In this document: positions 53,701 to 64,000 of the stretch, piece after piece | Layout: the number at the start of each line of letters is the position of its first letter | How positions within the stretch are numbered: position 1 is the stretch's first letter | NCBI GenBank assembly: GCA_964016885.1 | Contig: OZ024750.1 | Coordinates: 52,514,001-52,578,000, forward strand | Length of the DNA: 64,000 nucleotides | DNA from: Eledone cirrhosa | Lineage: Eukaryota | Direction of reading: 5' to 3' | Position numbers and translations under genes: made by a program | The notes under the pieces: generated by a model | What the model was told of the DNA's origin: nothing | What the model saw: only the letters and a program-made list of their open reading frames with translations | Databases searched by the model: none

Positions 53701-54378
53701 GTACACACTGACCAGAGTCACAAAGCGGTTTTGAATCAGAGGGACTCTCATGGACATTATTCGATCATTGAATCCACGAGGAAGATTTTGCAGCTTTGAG
53801 ACGATTCCATTCCTGACAGCAAATGCGACCCCTACCTCTCTCCTACAACCCTCCGGTCCACCACTCCAATAGAAGGTATATCCTCCCTTCTGTGAATTGA
53901 CCCTCACCAGCCAATCTCGTTTTTGAAAGAGCAACGATGTCCATGCTATAGCGATCGAGTTCCCTTGACACCAAAGCTGATCTTTTCTCAGGACAAGTTT
54001 TACTGGACTGGGAATCCAGTAAAGTTCTCATATTCCAACATCCAATATTCAGAGGTTTGAACCTCCTTGCAGTTGTAGGATGACGACCGGGCCCACGCTG
54101 CGGTGCCATGGGACACCTGCAGGGCCAGACTCCTTCACATTAAGTTCCAGAGCCCTTACTGCCATTGAGCTCAAGGTTATCATCTGTCATCATAGAGTTT
54201 GTTGCACTTCTAGGCTACGGCCAGCCACACGAACCTGTAACAGGTCCTGAAACAAGCGATTCCTGTGCTTTGAGGGTTTTTTAAGTTGGGAAAGGCCTTG
54301 CACGCGACCAATCCCACTCTCTGAGCATCGAAAACACTACCCGAAAAGGAGAACTGGTCAACATCATCGGATACTTCC
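50713..54378 (-). mobile_element. RTE (BovB-like) LINE family 2, near full length, frameshifted
   Basis: ORF start MAPQRGP..IGCWNMRTLLD at 54109. Motifs GDFNARVG, NYRGISLL, FVDLTKAFD and LYADD, two C2H2-like fingers, stop at 50760-50762, and part of the 5'UTR retained. Confidence 0.94.
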
Positions 54379-54396
54379 AACACATGCATACATACA

Positions 54397-55938
54397 TATC
54401 AGTAATAAGGAACGCATAACCAGGGAATATTACACCCGATTAAGAAAAATATGGTCATCGGAACTTTCTGTGCACAATAAAACAGTGGCTCGCAATGTGT
54501 TTGCTGTGCCTGTCCTAACACCAACGTTTGGAATACTCAATTGGACGATAGACGAAATCCGAGTAATTGATATTAGGACTCGAAAGATTCTAAACAATAC
54601 CGGAAACTTCCACATCAACAGTGACATAGACCGCCTTTACTTGAAACGTAAGTAGGAGGTAGAGGCCTAACATCAGTCCAGACAGCATTTGAATGTCGCA
54701 TCATATCCCTCCGACAACATCTACGAACTTCAAAGCGAAGGAGCCCGTTTCTCGAGCAAGTCTATCTGCATGAGACAGATAAGATCATGAGAGTTGGGAA
54801 GGAACTCCTCGAGAGATATTTCCTGTGTGATAATCAAAATCTCACAGCCAGGGATGTCGCTCAGCAGTATCGCAGTGAATTCATGGATGAAAAACTGTAT
54901 GCTTATCAGCAAAAAATCATGTATGGATATGTTGCCAGGAAACTCCAGAGTGAGAGTAATATAGATAAGGAAAGTAGTCTATCTTGGACCAACAACCGCT
55001 ATATTGGCTCCCACTTTGAAGGATATGCTTTTGCAATCCCAAAACAGGAGATTAACACGAAATACCTGATTCACAAAAGAGATAGGGATGCAGGCAAAAC
55101 ACCTAGATGTGACAACAAGTGCAGACTCTGCAGAATTAACATCGAAGATGTCACCCATGTCACAGGCAGCTGTCCAAAGATGTCATCGCGGTACTATCTA
55201 CCTATGAGGCATGATGTAGTGGCCAAAACACTGTACAATGCAATCCGTAAAAAAGATAGCCCCGATAATAAACACATTAAAAACTACAGCAATGTGGAAG
55301 ACATACATATACATTATATGAAAGAATACTGGTGGAATGTTCCAGTAAAAACCCCAATAAAATGCAGGCATAACAGACCAGATATTATGATATGGGACAG
55401 GGAGAAGAAAGCATGCACAGTAGTGGAAGTTAGCTGCCCAGCAGATGCCAATATAATATTAAAGATTAGCGAAAAGAAGAATATTTATGCAGAACTGAGA
55501 AATCTGCAGATACTCCACCCTGATTACACCTTCAGATTTATGGCTGTGATTATCGGGGCGCTGGGGTATGTTAGTAATTGCCTCAATAGAAATCTTGAGA
55601 AGCTGGGCTTCACAGGAACAGAAAGAACACAACTAGTTAGGAAATTACAAGTACAATCCATTGATGGAACAATAAAAATATGTAAAACATTCCAAAAATT
55701 TTGCATCTAATAACTGCATATACACTTGTACAGATACAAAGCATATACACATGCACACATACAACTCAAAACATACACATTCAATAACATCCATACCTGC
55801 ACACACACGCATACATGCAGACATACATATCTACCTAGTTGAATGTTGTGTAAATTCCAATGAGAGAGTCTTGTGTCTATGTTAGAAACCAACTCTCTCT
55901 CTATTGGCAACAATTTGTGAAAATATAAAACCAGAAGA
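54397..55938 (+). mobile_element. R4/Dong family A, 5'-truncated
   Basis: Colinear with 47888-49429. Motifs CRLC..HVTGSC, RHD and HNRPDIMIWD..VEVSCP. (CATA)n on both flanks. Confidence 0.92.
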
Positions 55939-56006
55939 TACATACATACATACATACATACATACATACATACATACATACATACATACATACATACATA
56001 CATACA

Positions 56007-56050
56007 TGGCGATGGCTGCCCCCTCGTTATCGAGTGCGGCCATTGCGCGA
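56007..56050 (-). mobile_element. RTE family 1 3' terminus (left arm of a bipartite element whose 5' arm is at 63871-64000)
   Basis: Matches 41461-41501 and 49456-49498, with the CTCG-ATAA-CGAG hairpin and a (TGTA)n tail. Confidence 0.8.
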
Positions 56051-56052
56051 AA

Positions 56053-56110
<58 letters not shown>

Positions 56111-56121
56111 AATAATAATAA

Positions 56122-58166
56122 TACTGGAAGATTGTCATAAAAGGCACAAAAATCTTACTGGAAGATTGTCATAATAGACACAAAAATCTATCAATTGCTT
56201 GGATAGATTACAAAAATGCATTCGATAGTTTGCCACACAGTTGGATTGAAAAGTGTTTAGAGATTTTCAAAATATCTCCCGTTGTCAGGAGGTTTTTGTC
56301 ATTCAGTAAGAAGACATGGAAAACAACACTCCTTTTGAATAGTGAAAAAAAATCACTGGAAGCTGGAGAAGTTAATATTAATTGTGGAATGTTTCAGGGT
56401 GACTCTTTATCCCCGCTTTTATTCTGCATCGCGCTTATGCCATTAAGTAAAATGCTCAATGAAACAAAACATGGATATAAAGTCTATGACAAAACCATTA
56501 ATCACTTGTTCTACATGGATGACCTGAAATTATTTGCAAAAAATGATGAACAATTGCAAGGGCTATTATCCACTGTGGAGCAGTTCAGTGATGACATTAA
56601 AATGAAGTTTGGACTAGATAAATGCGCCAAAATTCACCAGAGGAAAGCTGCTGAAGAGTTCGGACATTAATCTTGATCGGGGGAATGTGATAAGAGAACT
56701 TGATCAAGAGGAAACTTACAAATATCTAGGTATTTGTGGAGGAGACGGAATCAAGCATTCGACAATGAGGGAGAGGATAAGGAAGGAATGTTACCGCAGA
56801 GTAAGAGCAATCTTAAGAACGGAATTGAATGCAAAGAATAGGATCGCTTGCCATACCAGTAGTAACCTACAGTTACAATGTCATCAACTGGTCAAGCACA
56901 GAGATCCGTAGGCTCGATACAAAAATTAGAAAATTCTTAACCATGCACAGAATGCATCACCCTAAGGCAGATACAGATAGAATATATCTCCCTATGAAAG
57001 AAGGAGGACGTGGGTTAATCCAGTTAGATATTGCTTTGAAAACTGCAACAATTGGATTATCTACATATCTAAGGGAGGCACATGATTGCATGATCAAACT
57101 CGTTTTGAAACACGAAAGCATCAAAAGATCATACTCCATTACAAAAGATGCACAAAGATACAGTAATGAACTACAAATTTCAGAAGTTCTATTTACTGCT
57201 GAAATGAAAAACACAGAAAAAGCAAAGCAGGTAAAAGTAACTGCAAAGAAAGAACTGCTACAGAAACTGGCTAAGAAATGGCAAGAAAAGCCTCTGTATG
57301 GAAAATACCCAGAAAGAGCTAACAATCCTGATGTTGACAAAACTTTAACCCATCGGTGGTTAGAATCCTCTGGACTGAAATTGGAGACTGAAGGACTGAT
57401 TATATCAGCACAAGATCAGTGTCTGCTAACAATAAAAAATGGATGCAACCCATTATGCCGTGTATGTAAAAAAACAACCAGAGACCATTGATCATATAAT
57501 TTCAATGTGCAGTCCTATAGCTCTAACCGAATACCTAAACAGGCATGACAGAGCTGCACAATACATACATTGGATAATGTGTAAGCATTTTGACCTGCCC
57601 CATCAAAAGAATTGGTGGGAGCATCAACCACCTCTCGTACTTGAAAAAGATCACATCTCAATCTTGTGGAACTTTAGCATCCAAACAGACCGAAAAATAG
57701 ATGCAAATAGACCTGATATAATACTGAAGGACTTTAAAAAGAGGGTATGCCTGCTAATTGCTAAGTCCGTTCCAATAGACAAGAATGTGTCTATAAAAAC
57801 ATTTGAAAAATTAAGCAAGTATAAAGACCTGGAGATAGAAATTGTAAAAATGTTGAAGTTAAGAACTAAAACAATACCAGTGGTTGTAGGCGCTCTGGGA
57901 ATGATACCTAAGGGGTCTAATGATTACTTATCCAAAATCCCAGGAAACCCGCGTATAGAAGAAATTCAAAAGATAGTACTAATGGGAACTGCCCATATAC
58001 TAAGGAAGATTCTGTCAATATAAGTACATCACAAGTCTAAACACCTAAAGATGCATGTGTGTGTGTATGTGTGTTCATTTCTTGAACATGGCGGACCTAG
58101 TTGTCTCTTGAGATTACTGGTTGTGACTTGGTGATGACTCGTATGAACATAAAGCAAGATAAATGC
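56122..58166 (+). mobile_element. R4/Dong-clade LINE family B, 5'-truncated, in (AAT)n
   Basis: Motifs AFDSLPHSW, QGDSLSP, YMDDLK, CRVC..DHIISMC, RHD and NRPDI; stop at 58021-58023. (AAT)n on both sides, as for TAA-targeting Dong elements. Confidence 0.9.
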
Positions 58167-58172
58167 AATAAT

Positions 58173-58265
58173 AATTGTTTCTACTTTTGGCACAAGGCCA
58201 GCAATTACCCAGTGCATTACTGGTACTTTATTTTATCGACCCCGTAAGGATGAAAGGCAAAGTTA

Positions 58266-58266
<1 letters not shown>
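58173..58266 (-). mobile_element. 5'-truncated SINE within (AAT)n
   Basis: Reverse complement of the SINE body and tail, with the same 5' breakpoint as 45188-45283. Confidence 0.88.
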
Positions 58267-58306
<40 letters not shown>

Positions 58307-58489
58307 TTTCTTTATTGGCCACAAGGGCTGACATCAAGAAAAACATTACAGACGGCACAGGACGGTACAGGAGAGTACGATGTGGGTTTTGTGCGTGTAA
58401 AGATTTTTATTATTTATATAAGAAAAGAAAAAAGGACATAGAAACATATATATATAAACAATAAAAATGAAAAATTCCCCAATAGGGGA

Positions 58490-61400
58490 ACAGCTGTTCA
58501 ACATAACTCCACAAGTCAGTAATGCACGGACACTGGACGAGTGCGTGCAGAACGGTTTCGTCGCTCTGCGCGCATCTTGGGCAGGTCCGTCTGACAGCAC
58601 TTCCGTGCCTGTAGAGTTTATCTCGAACCGGCAGTGCCCCCCGGTAGCACTGCCAAGCGAGGGATTTTTGGAAATTATCCATCGTCCCCGGCTCGAAAGT
58701 CCTCCGGTACAGACTGGTTAGTTCGACTTCGTTGATTCCCAGAGCCTCTCCGAGTGCGTCGTCGCACTTGCCCACCACTAATCTTCTATAGAACTCGAGA
58801 GTGGAAGTTCCACTGACCGCATTGCCCGCCTGGTAGAGGGCAGTGAGTGCCTGGCAACATTCCAGATGCCAGTCACCCAGTCTCGGTCTCTTCTTGACCC
58901 AGGACTGCAACTCAGTCAAAGAAACGAGCTGCGGAAAGGCCCGTCGGACAAACGGCGACCACACCTGTTCACCGTTTAGGCAGAATATCTGGAGATGCCG
59001 CATCCTCAGCGCGTGCCTGCGTATCATTAGCCACGGCATGCCCAGCCTTCCACGTAGAGGGTGCTGGCAGCAGATGGACCGCCTCACCAGCGGAACCTGA
59101 CCTCTCCACAAGAATTTGAAGAGGAGCCGCTCCAAGATGGCGAGGCACGAACGGGGGCAAGGGACGACAGTCAGACGGTAGTAGATGACGGACGCGATGT
59201 ATGCGTTCGCCACCTCCGCCCGACCTTTCAGTGATAGCTTCATCCCAGCCCATTTCTGGGTGAGACTGATTACCCTGCCCGTCACCTCGTACCAATTCTT
59301 ATCCACCTGGAGGTCTGGCCCGAACCAAACCCCTAGCAACTTTACCGGTCCGTCCGTCCAGCGCCTAACGACGCTGTTGGACGGCATGGACTTGCCTCTC
59401 CAGGTGCCGAGTTGCAAGCCTACTTACTTTCCGGGTTAAGTTTTGCTCCCGTCAACCTTTCATATTCCTCCAATAAGTTGCCGACCACCTCGATTTCTGA
59501 GGTGTCCGACACCATCACGGTGATGTCGTCCGCATAAGCCGACACAGCCTTTCCGCGTCCCGGTTCGAGCGGGATGCCCTGCAACAGCTCCAGCTTCCGC
59601 AGTAAAGGCTCGAGAGTCAATACGTACAGAAGGGAGGAGAGAGGGCACCCTTGACGGACCGATAGGGAGACCTGAAACGGTTCCGAGAGGTGGCCATTAA
59701 TTTTGACCATCGAACAGGCGCCGCTGTGCATTGCAGCGATCCAGACTCTGAAGACGGAGCCGAAGCCAGCCGCCCTGAGGAAGCCTCCAGGTACCGATGG
59801 TTGACCCTATCGAATGCTTTCGATTGATCTAAATTGATCAGAGTCCCACCGAAGCCAGGTTTACACCCTACCCTCTCTATGATGTATCGCATTAGGTGGG
59901 GGTTGTCGTGTATGGACCTGGTTGGGATTGCGCAAGTTTGCGCCTCCCCAAACAAATCCCCGACGACAAACGCCAACCTCTTCGCTAACACCCTGGCCAA
60001 AATCTTAAACTCTGTGTTGAGCAGAGTTATGGGCCGGAAATTGTCTAATGTGTACCTCTTGTTCTCGTCTTTCCTTATCAGCGTCACTACGCCCCGGCTC
60101 ACAGAACTGGGAATACTCCCGTTTTGCTGCCAGTTGCAGTAGAGGGCTTCGAGGAGATTGGAGAACAAGTCTGGCATATTTACGTAAAGCTCGTAGGGCA
60201 GACCATCCAAACCGGGTGACTTGCGCCTCATGCAGCCTACAAGGACATCCTGAATCTCGGCTGAAGTAATTGGCCTTTCGCAGCGCCCAGCGTCAACCGT
60301 CGAGAGTTGCGGCAAGCCATCGAGGTAGGGACTGAAGTCCGCCACCATCTCTGACCCGCCACTTCCCCCGAACAACCGAGCAAAATGTTGGTGAAAGGCC
60401 TCACACATCCTCTTGGAATCGCTCAGCTCGTGCGTCAAAGACCGAATCGTGGTTTTATTACCACGCTGCGCCTCTGCCACGCGGGCGCATCGAACAGCTT
60501 TGGTTCCCTCGTTTCTCAGGGCACGCGCCTTAGCTCTGACAATGCAACCTTCGTGTTTCGCATTGAAGAAATGGTGTAATGCCATTCTCGCCGCTAGCAC
60601 ATCAGTTGCAATGCCACTACCAATAGCCTCGTCTAACTTATCTACCAACTCCCCCTCCTTTCTATTTTTCTCTAATGCTACTTCTTTGCTAAACTCTATC
60701 GACATTACTCTAATCTCTCTTTTGAGAGCCCCCCACCAGTTGATGACTCCCCTTGTCAACTTTTTCTTAACTAAATTGTTGACCTGGGCCCTGTAAGCCT
60801 TACGTGCCGGAAATGACATGTTTAGCTTCCAGTAACCAGGTCCTAACCTACGCGTCTTATCTAGGTCGACCATACACATCACAAACTTGTGATCTGAATA
60901 GGCGACCGTTTCAAAACGTGGACAGCTTACTCTATTCCTGTCTATTTTCCTAATGAATATCCTGTCTATATACGATCTAGATGACCCTATGCGGTTAGCC
61001 CAGGTCCACACTGGCGCATTAGGGAAATCTAGTCGGTACCTGTCAGACAGTTGGAACTGGCTGATCAGGTTCTTGAGGCTTTTGCACCCCCCGCTCCTAT
61101 CGGATACTCCCACACAGTCCCAGCGTGCGTCTAAGATGCCGTTCCAGTCCCCCGCTAACAGTAAAGGGCGAGACGTACCCAGAAAGGCTTCCAGGCGTCT
61201 AAAGAAGTCCGGCCGTCCTGCCCCAGTAGGAGCATAGACGGCCACCAGTCTAAAGGCACCACCTTCATTATTGTTCACGTCTAGGACCACCAACTTCCCA
61301 TCCGGGTCCCAGAAGATCGACCTTACCTCGAGATCCAGGCCTTTCCTAAACAGCACTGCCACCCCTCCTCCCATTCCCGGTCGATGCAAAGATCTGATAG

Positions 61401-61561
61401 TCGTCGAAAATGGGGGCTAGTGCGCGCGTGTCGGAAATCCTGGTCTCGCTGACTGCAATTACATCCATTTCTATATACCTGAGGTCGTTGAGCAGGTGAC
61501 CCTGCTTCCTGGACGATCCCAGGCCTCGAACATTTAAACATCCTACTCTTAATACGGCCAT
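58490..61561 (-). pseudogene. Tx1 ORF2 (APE endonuclease-RT-zinc finger), frameshifted, C-terminus deleted
   Basis: Motifs MAVLRVGCLNVRGL, VYAP, GDWN, SYIDRIF, SDHK, NFRPITLLNTEFKI, LDQSKAFDRV, VRQGCPLS, AYADD and CPRC..HALVQC. Confidence 0.9.
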
Positions 61562-61690
61562 GTTGGCAGGTTAAACAGAGAGAGAGGAAGGTTTACTTAC
61601 CTTCCGGGCTCTTGTGAAGGTCGGGTTGTTCGACCTCCATAGTTAGTGGGGTTTCTTTTGGGAACCCCTTTAAAAGTCTTGAAGTGGGTT

Positions 61691-63312
61691 TTACGTTCGG
61701 GGTTCCCACGTCCCGAGGAAAGCTGTCTCGTATTTCTTTGAATATGTCCAGCGACATTCGCACCAGAACAAATCTTCCGGCACGCGAAATTTAAAAATTT
61801 CCCCCTCTTTTTGTATATTTTCACTTCGTGCTACGCGGGCCATCAGTTCCTTGTTGGCCCTCCTGACGAGCACGAAGTTTTTTATGTTTTGTTGGTGTGA
61901 TTTTATTTGTTTGCGTGGCTGTGGAGGTGATGGTTTTGGTGGTGTTGTTTCGGTTGTATCTGTGTTTGTTGTGAGTGCGGTGTCTGTGGTTTCAGATGTT
62001 TGTGTGTATATTTGTTCTTGCGTCTGTTTCGGTTGTTTGCGTTTGGGGGATTCTGGTGATGGTGATGGTGGTGTTGATGTTGGTGTTATTGGAGAGATGT
62101 TTGCGTGGGTGGTGTCTGCGTTTTTTATTGTGGGTGATTTTGAGCTTTGTTGAGTTTTTTTTTTCTTTTTGTGTTTCCTTTTTTGTATTTTGGGGGATTT
62201 TGGATTTCCCTCATCTTCACTACTGGTAGATGAGGGGTCTGTGTCTGTAAGTGTGTCTGTATGTATGTTTAAGGTTTTATTGGTGTGTGTATTTTTTTTT
62301 GGGGGGGGGGGATTTGACAGCTTTCCTCGTTTCCCCCCTGGGTGGTCAATGCTGGTGGTGATCTTTCTATTGGTGGTGTTGTTGGTGGTTTTGCCGGTGC
62401 AGGTGTTGGTTGTGGTCCTCGCCCCAGCGTCGGCAGCAGTGGAGCCTTTCGACCCCTTGCCTCTTTCAGCAGTTGAGGGCAGAAGGCTCGCAAATAGGGT
62501 TTTTCCCCACAAACAAAACACTGCGACCTTTTGCCTTCGGTCATAATATGAATGACAGTCCCATTCTGAAGTCGGATGTGGTCTGGGATTGTCTTCACAT
62601 TCTCGGGCCTGATCTGGAGAAGGATCTCCAGGTCAACCCCGGACCAGTCCTCTCTGGCCGTTCTGGTCACTTCTATAGGGACTGTATCCGTCCCCTCCAC
62701 AATCACACATCCCAGAAGCCACCACATGTCAAGTCCTGGTGGGATTCTGGGAATGCGGAGACGGGCCGTTCTTTTTCCCATGTGGGAGGGGTACATTATG
62801 ACCTTGCTGGTTTTGCAAGGAGTCATGGCGTGTTTCATCGCGAGGGCTTCTGACTTGAACAACACCGAAATGGTGCCGTACTGTCTGCCCCTCTCTATGT
62901 ACTGGGTGTCTTCTCTGATGCACCTCAGCGCGACTTCGACATATTCTTGTGGGATTAACGCTGCCCTTTTGGTTTGTGCTGAGATGCATCTATAATGCAC
63001 CGTTCTGCACCCCACTGCCTCAATAGCTTCTACCGGTACAGTTAAGTTGGCCCAAGTTTGCTCTTGCTTGATGAGCTTCCATGCCTGGGCCAACTTTTCA
63101 TCTTTGTTTGAGAGGTCCATGTTGAAGCATGGCCTCTTTTTTGCTGCTGCCGCAGCGAAAGTGGTCTTGTTTTCGTTGGGGGTGTTGTTGACGTTGTTCT
63201 TGTTGGTGTTGCTGTTAGCACAGTCGCTGTTATCATTGTTGTCTTTGTTGCCACCGTTGTTCTCGGTGCAGTTGGTATCGTTGCTGTTGGTGTTGTCGCT
63301 ATTTGTTTTCAT
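61691..63312 (-). pseudogene. Tx1 ORF1 (gag-like), one frameshift
   Basis: Lies upstream of ORF2. Asn-rich N-terminus, TFAAAAAK motif, degenerate zinc knuckle CFVCGEKPYLRAFC and a K/T/P-rich tail. Confidence 0.75.
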
Positions 63313-63785
63313 GTTAGTGGTGTTGATATTGTTGTTGTATTTGTTTTTGTTTTTTTGTTATCTGTATTTATCTGTATTTTTGTTATCTGTTACTGTCATT
63401 ATTTTTCAAATTAGAGTTCTTATTGGTATCATTGGTGTCTTTGTTTACCTTGTTTGTGGTGGTGTTTGTGTTATCAATGTGTGTTAATTTCGCTGCAGCG
63501 ATCCTTTCAACTTCTACGTCGTTGTCGCACGACAGCCGACATATCGCTGGGGGAGTGGCTCAGCCATGTTTTGTTTTCTTCGTAAATTTTTTAACATGTA
63601 AAAAAAAGTTCAAATATTTGGCCCAAATATTATACTTTCCCCTTCACGGGGCAAAGTCTAAGGGCTTATTTCCCTTACACAACAAGAAATATTTAACAAC
63701 AAATAATTTAAACAGGCAAATAAAGCGACTTACTGTGAGCGAGCAAAATACGTCCGCTTAGACCAATAATAATAATAATAATAAT

Positions 63786-63849
63786 AATTGTTTCTACTTT
63801 AGACACAAGGCCAGCAAATACCCAGTGCATTACTGGTACTTTATTTTAT
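63786..63849 (-). mobile_element. Short SINE 3' fragment within (AAT)n
   Basis: Reverse complement of ATAAAATAAAGTACCAG...GTAGAAACAATT. Confidence 0.85.
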
Positions 63850-63870
63850 AATAATAATAATAATAATAAT

Positions 63871-64000
63871 AACACTATTAATAATTACTAATTAATTCTA
63901 TCGTGCAATGCCTGTGCGAGAAGAATATTTTTAAAGTTAGGAAAGACTGTGCACTGAGCCAATCCCACTCTCTGAGCGACAGTAGCTATAACCCGAAAAG
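63871..64000 (-). mobile_element. RTE family 1 linker + 5'UTR arm, runs off the right edge
   Basis: Matches 49500-49612 and 45311-45338 plus 46441-46550. Confidence 0.85.

Larger units (their letters stand above)
58303..63764 (-). mobile_element. Full-length Tx1/L1-group LINE (ORF1 + ORF2), degenerate, flanked by (AAT)n
   Basis: 5' end GGTCTAAGCGGACG abuts (ATT)n, two-ORF structure, and 3' end GCCCTTGTGGCCAATAAAGAAATC(ATT)n. Confidence 0.92.

Noticed and set aside
39882-63761. Antisense and alternate-frame ORFs overlapping the LINEs; intact active LINE
   Set aside because: These are shadow ORFs of LINE coding sequence. Every EN/RT ORF here is truncated or frameshifted.

Overview
Repeat-saturated eukaryotic (animal) DNA, most likely from an octopod cephalopod. 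That assignment rests on my recollection of the SINE motifs, not on a search. There is no confidently identifiable host gene. Bases 1-30 kb hold three related, C-poor G/T-rich minisatellite arrays (17-bp, 19/27-bp and 26-bp units). The 23-kb array has nested higher-order duplications and produces a spurious 6835-aa ORF. A possible short first exon lies on the minus strand at 30.8-30.9 kb. Bases 31-64 kb are a nested pile of retroelements inserted into microsatellites: tRNA-derived SINEs, three Tx1/L1-group LINE copies (one full-length), three RTE families, two R4/Dong-type RLE LINE families, Penelope-like ends with hammerhead motifs, a MITE and a probable solo LTR. Main observations: (1) In three diverged RTE families, a 5'UTR segment and a 3'UTR segment at homologous positions are complementary within each family but differ in sequence between families, including G-U pairs. 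This suggests a conserved long-range 5'-3' RNA panhandle. (2) Bipartite RTE derivatives keep only these two ends, and their AT-rich loop has absorbed kilobases of nested insertions. (3) R4 and RTE elements occupy the same (CATA)n tract in strictly opposite orientations. (4) The SINE 3' tail matches the Tx1 3' terminus.
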